From: Octopus vulgaris
Lineage: Eukaryota
DNA length: 64,000 nt
Direction of reading: 5' to 3'
NCBI GenBank assembly: GCA_951406725.2
Contig: OX597833.1
Coordinates: forward strand, 21,762,001-21,826,000
Shown here: piece after piece, positions 49,810-63,274 of the stretch
Position numbering within the stretch: the first letter of the stretch is position 1
Layout of the letters: every line of letters begins with the position of its first letter
Made by a program: the position numbers and the translations under genes
The notes under the pieces: generated by a model
Databases searched by the model: none
The model's input: only the letters and a program-made list of their open reading frames with translations
Told to the model about the DNA's origin: nothing

Positions 49810-50640
49810 CGAAACTTTTTTCCCACGAGTGTTCCGGACCCCAGGAATGAACTCATTTGCATACAGCCAATCAGAGCTCACCTTGACCTTGTTGTCAAGT
49901 TAACAAAGGTTCGTATTCAAAATGGCGACCTCCGATTGCCATACGAATCCTGTATTGTGCTCTCATTCAACGCTGGTTGGCGGTAAGTTTGAATTACCAA
50001 AAATCTCTAGTCAGTATGAAGACAATTGGTGTGCAACCAACTGCAACATCCAGGCAAAAGATGGTTGATGGTGGCAGAAACCGCATCGGTGCTGGCAGAC
50101 CGTTGAGGGATTGTTTGAAAAGTGTGAAAGGAAAGGTGCCGTTCAACTCTCAGATTATGCCCAGACGCAAAGCTCATCATATAACTTTCGTGAATGTGTT
50201 TAAAAACAACCAATCTCTTGGTAAAACACACTCTACCAAGTAAACACAAGACGAAGAACGGTGTTATAAGTCGCCCGATCGCCAAGTTATGTCTGATTTT
50301 AGAAGGAGACAAGTAATTAGATAGATTTGCATCTATACCTATTATCGGGTTTTGTTAGGGCCCTATATGGTAAAGATGTGGATAGAGAATGATGTCCTAG
50401 CAACCCTCTCCCCTTACTGTTTTACAAAGTAAACAATACAAATAACTACGTAGAGACAGCTATGGTTGAAACAGGAAGAAAAACAACAGGCATTATTAAA
50501 AGAGAAAAGAAACATGGTCATTCTTTATCCAAGTGACCTCATAAATTAGTTCGATAGCTGAGCTCTGGTTGGCTGTATGCAAATGAGTTCATAACTGGGG
50601 TCCGGAACTCTCGTGGGGAAAAATTTCGTACATGGTACTA
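49810..50640. mobile_element. Long-TIR DNA element, possibly Academ-like
   Basis: About 70-bp inverted repeats at 49810-49880 and 50559-50628; the right end reads TAGTACCATGTACGAAA on minus. Confidence 0.7.
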
Positions 50641-51679
50641 AACAAGAAGCTGTGGACGCGTACACTTCAGTACACAAGCACCCAAAACAAAATCAGGCGT
50701 ACCAACTCAAACGTATAAACACACACACTCGCACGGCAGTAAAAGATAACAGCTAAATCTCCCTCGAATCATTCTCTAAGTCTGAAAAATGTTTTTTATT
50801 GCAGCGCAGAGTCAACAATTTCAAATGGGGGTGGAATTAACTTATTACATCGACTTGTACTTTATTTTATGATCCCCCAAGTTGACCATGAACTGGATTT
50901 GAACGCAAGACAAATTTTCCGACGCTCTAACGATTCTGCCAACTCATCGATTTACGCTACGTAAGAAAATAAGACGGGAGGGATGGTTACGACTGGAACG
51001 CCTTCGGTTATAAATATATACATAGAACTGCTTGTCCACGGGCTGGCTTCGGGTTAAATAAACAACAACAAGCAGTTTGTTTTACAAGAATCGTCAATAA
51101 ATAGAACGCAACAGCCTTAGCAACGAACGAAGAAAGTCACGCAAAACAAATAAAACGTTGAAAGTTTTCTCATCAAACATCATAAATGGCGACCGGCGCT
51201 TCGGCAAGACAGACAGACAGACAAACACACAGACACACACAGAAACAAACACACACACACACACAGCTACAGACATTTAAAAACAAACAAACATACAAGA
51301 TTCACGCAAAAACGACGAACCATAGGCGTCTCTATCAACTAAATTAAACCTCTCCACAAATCGAACACTACTGTTTCAAAATGAAGAGAGAGAAAATATT
51401 GACATTGGGTAATGGACGAATTCTTAAACGTACTCGTAAAAAGCATACTACAGATGGTTGGCGGCGCAGATGGGGAATCACTCGATGATCACTGTTACAA
51501 TGCATTTTTTTATTATTATAAAAGTTTGCTAGACCTAGATAAAAGAGTTGGCCTGATGCTTACAAACAAGACAAAAAATTTACTACTACTTCCTTTTTAG
51601 ATTCTACACACTATTATTTTCTTCCGTCGATCACGCTTCCTCTTTCTTTGCTTCTAAACTGCATACCTATACACATTCA

Positions 51680-52050
51680 TTAGTCATTTGACTGCGGCCG
51701 TGCTGAAGCACCGTCATGAGGGGTTTTTAGTCGAAAAAAAAATCGACCCACCACTTATATTTTTTAAGCCTAATACTTATTCTATCGGTCTCTTTTCCCG
51801 AACCACTAAGTTACGGGCAAGTAAACTCACCATCGGTTATCAAGCGGTGGTAGGAGGCAAAAAGACAAAAACACACATAGATACATACATACACACACAC
51901 ACACGACAGGCTTCTTTCAATTTCCGTCTACCAAATCCATCCACCCACAAAGCTTTGGTCGGCCCGAAGCTACAGTAGAAGAAAGACACTTGCCCAAGGT
52001 GTCACGCAGTGGGACTGAACCCGGAACCATGTGGTTGGGAAGCAAGCTTA
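51680..52050 (-). mobile_element. SINE A
   Basis: Family A body. Confidence 0.88.
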
Positions 52051-52210
52051 CGTGTGTATAAGTCGCACTATTTGATATTTGACTTTAAATAAAAGAAAAA
52101 AAAATGGGGTGTGGATTCGAACAAGGGGCAAAGCTATGAAGGGAAAAAATTTTGTACCAAGATTTCGTACTAAATTAGGGGTGCAACGAATACACGACTT
52201 AACACGATAA
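52050..52210 (+). mobile_element. pogo/Tigger-like MITE remnant
   Basis: GTGTATAAGTCGCAC ... GGGTGCAACGAATACAC inverted motif; similar remnants near 7930-7970 and 25380-25432. Confidence 0.5.
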
Positions 52211-52789
52211 ATTTTCCTCTTGACTTACGAATAAAATCGTGTCTAAATGCATGTACGAAAATATATATAATACCTAAACAAGTGTTTATCAAGGCGGTGC
52301 TCCAGTATATCCGCAATCAAATGATTAAAACAGGTAAAAAGAGTAAAAAGTGAACACACACACACACACATACATACATATATATAACGGGCTATTCCAT
52401 CGTTTACGTTCTTGCATATACGTCATATACTAAGTGTCATATATTAAGAAAAACTATTGGTGTGTCTTGACAGCAAGAAACGTGAAAGTCTGTGTACACA
52501 CACACAGACAAAGAGAAGGGTTAACAGATAGACAGTCTCAAGATTTACAGCAACAAAAAATAAAATCTAACGAAATACACCCAACCATATTTCTATATCC
52601 AGGGTGGACAAAAAGTTGGATGTTGAACTATATAATAGAAAAAAAAGTGATACAAGTGTGTATGTGTGTGCGCGTGTTTGTTAAATAGTGGAGTAAGGGC
52701 ATGCACTGAGTCGGTCGGTGCCAAATATATTTTGTTTTTAAAGTCTTTTTTTTTTACAAGAAAGTCCAGACATGACTATAGTGACACAT

Positions 52790-54686
52790 GGCTGATGAGA
52801 AAGAGAAGAGGAAGGGCGGAGAGAAATATAGTGAAAAGTGTGTGGGGGGAAACGAAGAGAGGGAGAAAGAGAGAGAGAGAGAGATTACTGTGCAAAAGGA
52901 TAGAGAGAAAGTGAACGAATGAGACAGTTACGAAGGGAGATAGTGACAGACAGATAGACATAGTGAAAGAGTGAGTCAGAAGGGAAAGATGCATGTATGT
53001 GTGTGAACATGCATATACATATGTGTGTGTGTGTATGTGTGCGTAGTGTAGTGAGGAGGAAAAAGAGATAAACAGAGGCATAGTGTTAGTAAAAAGAGAG
53101 GATAAGAGGAGTAGGAAGAGGAGGAAAACCAAGAAAACAAGGTCAGCTGATAGGAGGGAAAGCTAGGAGGAGGAGAGGAGGGTTTGTAACTTGCTGGGGA
53201 AGGGGAGGAGGCGAGAATGAGATGGGAGACGCACGGTTGTTTTTTTATATTATTTTCGTTCTTCTATTTCTTTTATGTTTGTTATTTTTTGGTCGGGTTA
53301 GAAGTAGTAAGTTTCTGTAACCAAGAGGGAGGAGGAGAAAGAGTAAAGAATAGATGTAGTGATGGTAGTGGTGGTGGTGGTGGTGGTGATGATGATGGTG
53401 ATGATGTCGGTGGTACGAGAGAGGGTTCGTGGGACTGTCGATTTGGGAGTAATCATTACAACGAAAAGTGGTGCCTGCTCTAGTGACTGTGGTAGCGGTG
53501 GTGGTAGTGGTAGTGGTGGTGGTGATGGTAGCGATAGTACAAACGTGGTGATGGATGGATGGATAGTGGTTGGAGGGCAGAGAGGAGGAGGAGGAGCAGC
53601 GCCGAGTGGAAGCGGGAGGGGGGGCAAATGAGTCGTAGTAAGTAGTAGTAGTAAGTTTTTTTTTATTTTTACTTTTTTCCTCTAGATTGGGATAACCTTT
53701 TCTGTTATTTTGGTTTATTTATTGTTTTTTACAGTGTGTGCACACAGAAACCGAGAGGCATGCAAGGATAGAAGTGAGGGGAAGGGGGGGAAACAACCCC
53801 CCCCGAAAAAAAAAGGAGGGGAGAACGAGGTGGGATGTGGAGGAGAGAGAGAGGGGGGAGAAAAGGGAGGAGGAGGAAGAAGAAAAAGACGACGGAGAGA
53901 AAGAAACAGAAAAAGAGATAGAGATGTGTTGAAAAAACAAGTTGCCAGACAGATTGATATATACATATGTGTGTGCGTGTGCGGGCATACGTATATATAT
54001 ATATAGATAAATAGATAGGGAGAGACAGACAGAGAGGGCAATACGACCTACATATGAAAAATTACCCAGGCACCTTTTAAGTAGAAGTGGAGTCGGGAGG
54101 TAAATAAAATAGCATCTTGGGAGTTTCCACCGCCTTGACGGTGAGCCTACACGTGTTTGAGCTTGTGTATAACACACACATATGAATGTATGTATATATA
54201 TATATATATATGTGTGAGAGAAAGAGAGATTGTCAGCATAGCGTGCGTGTGATTGTCTTTCTATACAATGCACGAAGTTATATAGTAAGTCACATAAACT
54301 TGCGTGTCTCCAACAGTAAAGAATAAAAGAAAAGAAATTAACCATCGGTTTCCACTGTACACACATCAATATTTCATACGCTACTCAGTCGTGAAAACTA
54401 CATACAGCAACAAAACTATTTTAATATGTATGAATATAATTATACATACATACACACACACACAAACATTGACTAGACGCTTTTTTGCAAACTGAATTGA
54501 GTACGTAGCATACATAGAAACTTTATAGATTATCATCGATGTATATTTGTGTACTTATAAGAAAAATACCCAAGCTACGTGTATGAATGTGTGTGTAACG
54601 TATTTAAAGTACAGTTTGATCATACACTTCTTTTTTCTGTGTGTGTATATATATATATGTGTGTGTGTTTATGTATATATATATGT

Positions 54687-54726
<40 letters not shown>

Positions 54727-54944
54727 ATATATTTATGGACTGTCTTCTATACAAACCGATACTAAACGAATAAAATATGCTATCAAGGCTTATAGACTTT
54801 ATACAAAAAAGCATAAACAGTAAAATGCCTGTATATATATCGTATATAATCGCTAAATACATATATATACCGTTGTCAAAACACATATACTTACATACTA
54901 TCGGGCCCAAAACTACACAGTTCATATACATACATTGGTATAGA

Positions 54945-55016
<72 letters not shown>

Positions 55017-55215
55017 ATATGGCGACATATATATACATACATGTAGCATGCATACATATTGCTGAAATTATATTTATTTACTGCGGTTTTTTTTCACACG
55101 CTCCTTCATAATAACCCTGGGCTTGAACCTTACCGTCCGTCCCCAATGTTTTTAAGATCCCTTCGGTGGTTAATAAAGAAAATACGCATAATATATATAT
55201 ACATGTATATATATA

Positions 55216-55262
<47 letters not shown>

Positions 55263-55500
55263 GCATATATATATGCGTGTGTGTGTATGTGTGCACATAC
55301 GTAATTAATTTAATGATAGATACATTACATGTATATAATATATATTATATATATTATATATATTAATTTAATGACAGCTACATACATACGAGAATAAGGG
55401 GCAGCAGTAAAATAGTAACCCGAAGTAGTAGTAATAGTAGTAGTAGTAAAAAGTTGCTAGCAGCAGTAGTAATAGTGATAGTAGTATTAGTAGTAGTAGA
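52790..55500. repeat. Low-complexity region: GA-rich, (GGT)n, (GGA)n, (TA)n, (TAG)n
   Basis: Simple repeats dominate; the ORFs here are compositional artefacts. Confidence 0.85.
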
Positions 55501-56181
55501 GAACAAAAAGTTTGTTGTGAAAAACTTTTTATTAGTTTTTTCCTTTCAAGTGTTTGTTGTTGCCTTGAAAAGTTACTGATAAAAGATGGTAAAGCAGTAG
55601 CGGAATAGTGGCAGAGGAGGGAGGGAGGGAGTGAGGAATAGGTGGACAAGAACGAAAAAGAAAAAACATATATGATAGGGAAGAGGGGGGGAAATAATGA
55701 GAATAATAATAATAATTTGGAAAGATATAAGCCAAGATTTACATAGTTTACAGAGAGCTATGGAGCCAGTGGTGATGATGGTGGTGGTAGAGGTGTATAC
55801 AGTCGATTAAATCTACTAATTGCTTACTACTACTACTATTACTACAATTACTACTACTTCGAGTAGTAGTAGTAGTAGTAGTAAGAGGAATAGTAGTAAC
55901 AGTATGAAAGGCGGCAGGAAAAACAAAAAAAATAAAGTCAACTTCCCATCTGATGGTAAAAGTTTGAAGTTTTTGCTTATTATCCATCCCATCCCCTTCC
56001 TCGGTCAGAGCAGGATTAGTCGTTCCAGCCATGACCATCATGATTTGTTTTGTTTGTATTTGAGTATCAGTGTAACGGTAAATGTAGTGAGTTCATTTGA
56101 GAGAGAGAGAGTTTGACTGCTATCTCTAGCAGATCTAGCGACTCCTGTGACGCTTCCCTTTATTGGCTCTCAAAGCAAATA

Positions 56182-56830
56182 CTAATAATAATGGTTTCAA
56201 ATTTTGACACATAGCCAGCAGTTTTTTGAGGAGAGAGGGAAGTCGATTACAACGACCTCAGCACATGACTGGTACCTATTTTATCGATCTCGACAGGACG
56301 AACGGCAAATCGACCCGGCGTTATTACAACTCAGAACGTAAAACCAGAAGAAATGCTCTCACGCATTTTGTCCGGCACGCTAACGATTTGAATCGTATTT
56401 TAACATAGGCACAAGGTTTGAATTTTGTGGGTGCAAAGGACAATTGATGATATCGATCCCAGAGTTTTGGTTGGTACTTAATTTTACTCGCCCCTTCAAG
56501 CCCGATGGACGAAAAACAAGACCGATCTCAGCGGTATTTGAACACATAACAGAATGAAAAAAAGCCGGAAAATAATAATAATAACTGTTTCAAATAATTT
56601 GGGCATAGGGCCAATAATTTTAGTATTAAATGGGTTAGTTGAAACCATAGACCCTCGGAATTGACTGGTACTTTATTTTATCGACCTCCGAAATTATGAA
56701 AAGCTAAGTGGACCCCGGCTGGATCTGGAGCCGGGATAGAAAAACAAAAACTTGTATTTCTTCCGACGCTCTAACGGATTCTGTGAATCCACCAACCTAA
56801 GTTTCTCGACTTAGAACAAGACCAGCAATC
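56182..56830 (-). mobile_element. Tandem cluster of decayed SINE B copies
   Basis: Repeated TTTCAAATTTTG...ACTGGTAC.TTATTTTATCGA...GCTAACGATT units. Confidence 0.75.
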
Positions 56831-58148
56831 CTGAAAAAAAGTGGGGTTAGTATAGACCAGTGGTTCCCAACCGGGCTCATATGACCCTTGGGGTTCCCTT
56901 ATAAGATTTTGCTGTTAAAATTTATTTACAATAAATTGCTTATACTTGTATAAAATATTTTAACAACTGATAATTCCTAATAATATTTAATTATGAAAAT
57001 ATAATTATAGAACTTTTTAAACATTGAATGGTTATGAGGATCCATCAGAGTAGAATGGGAATCAAAGGGGTCGTCCACAGGTAAAAAAAAATGGTTAAGA
57101 ACCATTTTTCCCTACTTGACTGGTACTTCAATTCCTCGACCCCCAGAGGGATGAGACAAACTTAACCTCGAATAATACTAACTTCATGTATTTTATTGGA
57201 GTATAAATAATATTTTAACTAAATCGATTTACCCCAGTATTATAACTGGTATCCACGGCACACAACCGCATAAGTTTGTGGTGAAAAGGGATTCCTTCTA
57301 CTTTGGTTCGTTTATCGCGGTCAAGGCCATGTAGGAGCCCCACATACGGGTAGTGAGGCGGTTGTGGTGGTATGTAAAGGTCCTGTTGAAATCGGACAAG
57401 TGATATTGATAGAAACATCAATCGATATTTTATTGGCCACAAAGGTGACAGATGAAGAGATGATTTGGGACATGTTAACAAAAATGAAAGAGTGAGGTGG
57501 AGTTTACAAAGAATCGAATATGAGAAACAAACACGTATTTTAATTAGAAACAGCAATAATCAAATAGTGTAAAGACACAAGAAGTCAAAACTTTAAGTAC
57601 GTTGATGGACAGAAGATCAAATCGACCCTAGTACTTGACTGGTATTCGTTTCATCGAACCCCCAAATCCTCATTTCCCCTACGCCAAAAGAAATTATATT
57701 AAAAAGGTAATAATAACGTTTGTAGTACAATAGTACTATTAATGATACAAATAGATAAAAGATAATAATAATAGTTTGTCACTTACGTCATGTTTGGAAT
57801 GTGAACATTCGGTGAAAATGTAATATATAAAAAACTCCGATCCGTTTTGGGACAAGTTAAGGACGGAACTAAAGAGAATAAGAGAAAAAGTAAGACAGAG
57901 GGAATTGCGATAGAGAAGAGTAAGAGTGAGAGTGAGAAATATAGAGAGAGTAGGAAGGAGCGTATGAAATATACATGATAGAAAGAGAGAGAGAGAGAGA
58001 GTAATGGAAGGAAGGGGTGATAGAAAGAAAGAGAGAGAAGTGTAAGGACGGTGTGATAGAAAGACACACAGAGAGAGGGGGGAAAGCGAGAGACAGACGT
58101 GAATGTCAGCTGACAGTCGGGACAGGCGAGAGTTTTGTTTGCTTAGTG

Positions 58149-59020
58149 TTGCTGCTGCTGCTGCTGTTGTTGATGTTGTTGTTGTTGTTGTTGTTTGTCG
58201 TCGTCGTCGAGATTGTTGTTGTTGTTGCTGTAGGAAACAGCGGTTAGTGTATGGTTACGTCATAGCCACGACATGTACTGACAGTGAACAAAGTCACACA
58301 TACACATACACATACACACCATACACGTACACATACACACACATCATTGTAACCTACGCTAGCTATATCACATACATAACACAGGCGCACTCACACTCTC
58401 ACACAAACAAACACACACACATACCAACATATAAATATATTGACACGCGCACACACGATTGTACCCACGCTATAATTCTCACACACACACATACACAGCT
58501 TAACTTACACACACACACCATATAGTTTTAACACACACACACGCACACACGTCTACATATACATACACACATAGTATCCACGCTAATTCTCTCTTTTTCT
58601 CTTCCTCTCTTTCACACACGTTCTTATACAACTATAACTCACTTTCTCTCTTTCTCTCCCTCTCTCTCTCTCTTTCCTCGCACATAAATACATACATAAT
58701 ATACACACGTTTTCACCGATAACTTACACATACATACACTGTCTCAATCTTACGTATAGAAAAGAAAGAAGGAAATATCTCACGCACAACACTCTATCTC
58801 TTTCTTTCTCTCTCTTTACATCCCCCTCCCCGCATACATACACACACTTTTTCTCTCATACAAACTATTTATTTTACACGTTTGTACCCACAAAATTACT
58901 TCATAATACTACAACAGACTTCTTTTACATACAAACCACAACGTACTGAACCCGTCACATACACACACAGACGCTTGTAGCGATTCACGCATCGCACACA
59001 TAGAAACATCGACACATACG

Positions 59021-59051
<31 letters not shown>

Positions 59052-59305
59052 GTAAGAAAACGAATACACATATACAGACGCACTCACACACACACACACA
59101 CACACATACTACATGATACAAAAAAGTACAGACAGTCTACGTCATAGCAACGGATGACATTACAAACACATACATATTTGCACCAACGCATCAACTTATG
59201 TACACACGAAGCAGTTATACTCAGAAAGACGTGTGTGTGTGTGTGTGTGCGTGTGTATACACACATACATGTATACGTTCACACATACATACATACATAC
59301 ATACT
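58149..59305. repeat. (TGC)n/(TTG)n and CA-rich low-complexity region
   Basis: Simple repeats. Confidence 0.85.
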
Positions 59306-59309
59306 TATA

Positions 59310-59538
59310 TATTCTTTTACTCGTTTCAGTCATTTTTCACTGCGGCCATGCTGGAGCACCGCCTTTAGTCGAGCAAATTGACCCCAGGACTTCTTTGTAA
59401 GCCTAGTACTTATCCTATCGGTCACTTCTGTCGAAGCGCTAAGTTAGGGGGGGGCTGTAAACACACCAGCATCGGTTGTTAAGCAATGTTGGGGACACAC
59501 ACACGCGTACATATATATATATATATATATATAAAATA

Positions 59539-59581
<43 letters not shown>

Positions 59582-59703
59582 TATATATATATGCATATAT
59601 ACATACGTATAAGTACATACATCTATACGTATATATACATATATACATATTTCCGTAAACCTGCCTTCGTCTTTTGTCTATTTTCATAAAGCTTCCCGTT
59701 ATA

Positions 59704-59752
<49 letters not shown>

Positions 59753-59830
59753 GACGGGCTTCTTTCAGTTTCCGTCTACCAAATCCACTGACAAGGCTTT
59801 TGTCGGCCCGAGGCTATAGTAGAAGACACC
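59310..59830 (-). mobile_element. SINE A with greatly expanded internal (TA)n
   Basis: The two halves (59310-59500 and 59750-59830) are separated by about 250 bp of TA-rich sequence. Confidence 0.88.
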
Positions 59831-60001
59831 CAGTTTCCGGCTGCCAGGTCCAGTCACAAGGATTGGCCCGGCCCGTAGCTGTGTACACGCGTGTGTATGC
59901 ACGTATGATGAACACACACACACACACACACACACATACACACACACACATATGGCTGACGGTTAGTAAGGAGAGACACAAATAAGAAAGAAGAAAACAA
60001 A

Positions 60002-60046
60002 GGACCACTGATGCGGTCACAGGAGTGTGACGAAAGAACTCTGGCC
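60002..60046 (+). ncRNA. Minimal type I hammerhead-like motif, core CUGAUGC
   Basis: GGACCA-CUGAUGC-G-GUCAC(AGGAGU)GUGAC-GAAA-GAAC-UC^UGGCC. Confidence 0.55.
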
Positions 60047-60171
60047 GAAATAAGATTAATGTAAAAAATAAATAACACTGAAGCAAAATAATACCAAATA
60101 TATAGTGCGTGTGTTTTTATTGGCTAAACTGGCAATATGACCATTCCGAAATATAACAATATATATATATA

Positions 60172-60350
60172 TACCGGGGTAAGCACATAAATGTGAAACA
60201 AGATGGAAAAAAGAGTACTCAAATACCAGAGGTAGAGCAATATGCTTTATTTAAAAGCAGCAGAAATATAACAAAAGCTGTTAACAAAACTGTCCGACGA
60301 CGGGAACGCGAAACTCTGAGTAACAGCTTTTGTTACATTTCTGCTGCTTT

Positions 60351-60413
<63 letters not shown>

Positions 60414-60690
60414 TTTATTTAAAGCAGCAGAAAATTCAACCAAACCTGTTACTCTGAGTTTCCCGTTGCCGTTCGTCGGACAGTTTTTGCTAGAAAAACT
60501 GTCCGACGAACGGCAACGGGAAACTCAGAGTAACAGGTTTTGTTGAATTTTCTGCTGCTTTAAATAAAGCATATTACTCTACCACCTTGTTTCACATTAA
60601 ATAAAGCATATTACTCTACGACATTGTTTCACATTAAATAAAGCATATTACTCTACCACCTTGTTTCACATTTATGTGTTTACTCCGGTA
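60172..60690. mobile_element. Inverted Penelope-like pLTR composite with three hammerhead-like motifs
   Basis: Inverted outer ends (TACCGGGGTAAGCACATAAATGTGAAACAAG); CCGACGA cores at 60294 (+), 60503 (+) and 60479 (-); 76-bp palindrome 60413-60569; three 37-bp tandem units 60560-60670. Confidence 0.75.
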
Positions 60691-60692
60691 TG

Positions 60693-60724
<32 letters not shown>

Positions 60725-60979
60725 TATATATACGCACATGCGGGCAGAGACAGAGAGAGAAAGAAAGAGAGACATAACTACACACATATATAGCAAATGT
60801 TGATACAGACATGGACATATGTACATACATTGACTTCCACATAATACACGCACACACAGACACTCTATGTAACAACACTAACACGCTTGCACACATACAC
60901 TGACAGATGTTTCATTGCTGTAATTAAAGTGACACATAACGACACATATTCACATTCACACTCGCACCTACGGGCGCAC

Positions 60980-61018
<39 letters not shown>

Positions 61019-61116
61019 TAATACATACATAGATAATACATACATACATACATACATACATACATACACGTAATAATACTGAAACAAACTTTTACGGAGT
61101 ATTGCATACATATACA

Positions 61117-61299
61117 GGCGGCGAGCTGGCAGAACCGTTAGCACGCCGGTCGAAATGTTTACCGGTATTTCGTCCATCTTTCGGTTCTGAGTTCAAATTC
61201 TGCCGAGGTCGACTTTCCTTTTCAACCTTTCTGGGTCGATGTAATCGACTTAACTCCTCCCCCGAAATTGCTGGCCTTGTGTCAAAATTTGATGCCAAT
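61117..61299 (+). mobile_element. SINE B
   Basis: GGCGGCGAGCTGGCAGAACCGTTAGC head. Confidence 0.92.
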
Positions 61300-61423
61300 A
61301 TTTATACACACACTAGTATACCACACAAGTAAATATATATGCAACCGAAGCCGCGATCGCAGGTTGCACCCGGGCGTCGGGCCGAAAAACGGCGTGCGGC
61401 AGCTGTCACATCTTCGCTGAAAG

Positions 61424-61739
61424 AGGCACAGGAGTGGCTGTGTGGTAAGTAGCTTGCTAACCAACCACAGGGTTCCGAGTTCATTTCCACTACGTGGCGA
61501 GTGGATTTGATAGACAGAAACTGAAAGAAGCCCGTCGTGTATGTATGTATGTATGTATGTGTGTGTGTTGATAACCAATGGTGGTGAGTTTACGTACCCG
61601 TAACTTAGCGGTTCGGCAATAGAGACCGATAGAATAAGTACTAGGCTTCCAAAGAATAAGTCCTGGGGTCGATTTGCTCGACTAAAAGGCGGTGCTCCAG
61701 CATGGCCGCAGTCAAATGATTGAAACGAGTAAAAGAGTA
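61424..61739 (+). mobile_element. SINE A with internal deletion
   Basis: Head, body and GAGTAAAAGAGTA tail. Confidence 0.92.
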
Positions 61740-61774
61740 CAGCGTATATACATATTCGTTTGTTTCAGTCATTT

Positions 61775-61947
<173 letters not shown>

Positions 61948-62170
61948 ACAGCACGGAATTTTATCAGTGAACACTTCGCGGTTTCAAAGCGACGAAAATA
62001 TTTTGACAAATTGAATTTAAGTGTTGAAGTGAATCTAAGGGTTTTTATGTGTTTTTAAATGGTTTATAAACACCTTTCACGCTGCAATTGTTTATGTTTC
62101 AACACACGATCTCAGATCAGGTCATTTGCTATGCAAGTACATCTCCGTAATACACACACACACACACATA

Positions 62171-62567
62171 TCTTTATATATACAAGAGAAGTTGTGTGTC
62201 TGTCTCCTACGATTTTGATTCCTAACTACTCCCACATTTTGCGGTGCAGTTTAACCAAAACCGGGTATCTTATAGTCGTGATTCATATCGAGCCCTTCTG
62301 GGTATTAGCGCGCATCTACGATGAGTCTACGATTAAAAAAAAAATTTACCATCATTTTTTTCCATTTTAATGCATTTTTTCGCTATTATATAAGGGAAGT
62401 AACTCTCTAAAAATGTTTACGATGAGTCAACGATGTTTAAAAAAATTTACCATAATTTTTTTTCCCTTTTTAGTGCATTTTTTTGCTATTTTTTGGCTAT
62501 AACTCTCTAAAATGCTTATATAGTTATTTCCCTTACAAACCCGAGCAACGCCGGGCGATACTACTAG
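62171..62567 (+). mobile_element. Non-autonomous Helitron with H2-type 3' end
   Basis: A|TC start; CCCGAGCAACGCCGGG hairpin; CTAG|T end; internal duplication of about 100 bp. Confidence 0.85.
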
Positions 62568-62578
62568 TATATATATAA

Positions 62579-62780
62579 AACAAGAGCACTCAGAGAGCGC
62601 AAACCTCCGCCAAAGCAACAGCAGCGATTTGTCGGAGATAATTTTTAAATGAGAATATCTGAAATAGACTCGACTGCTCTCACAATACGAAAAATGAATC
62701 CGACCGCTCTCAAATATTAAGTAAAAAAAAAAAACGGAAAAATGATCTAGATTCCTTATCCGGTACCTGACTGATCCCAA
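62579..62780 (-). mobile_element. Helentron-associated (HINE-like) element end
   Basis: AACAAGAGCACTCAGAGAGCGC, which on minus is hairpin GCGCTC-TCT-GAGTGC then CTTG|TT; related body sequence at 63790-63912. Confidence 0.55.
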
Positions 62781-62916
62781 TGGTAGTCATGAAATGTGAA
62801 GGTGGGTGTGTAGGCCGTGTTTCTAATGCTGTGTGTAGGTATCGTCTGCACTGGGAACAGCGACAGTTTTCCCTACGAAGGCCTTTGTTAGTCTATCCAC
62901 TGATATAGTGTCTTTA

Positions 62917-63274
62917 AGTGGAGGCGCAATGGCCCAGTGGTTAGGGCAGCGGACTCGCGGTCGTAAGATCGCAGTTTCGATTCCCAGACCGGGCGTTGTG
63001 AGTGTTTATTGAGCGAAAACACCTAAAAGCTCCACGAGGCTCCGGCAGGGGATGGTGGTGATCCCTGCTGTACTCTTTCACCACAACTTTCTCTCAGTCT
63101 TTCTTCCTGTTTCTGTTGTACCTGTATTTCAAAGAGCCGGCCTTGTCACTCTCTGTGTCACGCTGAGTATCCCCGAGAACTACGTTAAGGGTACACGTTA
63201 ATTACACGAGCAGGCTGTTCCGTTGGTCGGATCAACCGGAACCCTCCTCGTCGTAACCGACGGAGTGCTTCCAC
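62917..63274 (+). mobile_element. SINE C with 12-bp TSD
   Basis: ATAGTGTCTTTA at 62905-62916 and 63275-63286. Confidence 0.95.

Noticed and set aside
49850-49875. snRNA or histone gene promoter (octamer plus CCAAT)
   Set aside because: The motifs are part of a transposon TIR, and no snRNA or histone sequence follows.
51412-51600. Short non-repetitive ORF MDEFLNVLVK...
   Set aside because: 62 aa, with no recognised motif or splice support.
60560-60670. Three 37-bp repeats resembling a CRISPR array
   Set aside because: The units are contiguous with no spacers, there are no cas genes, and the context is eukaryotic.
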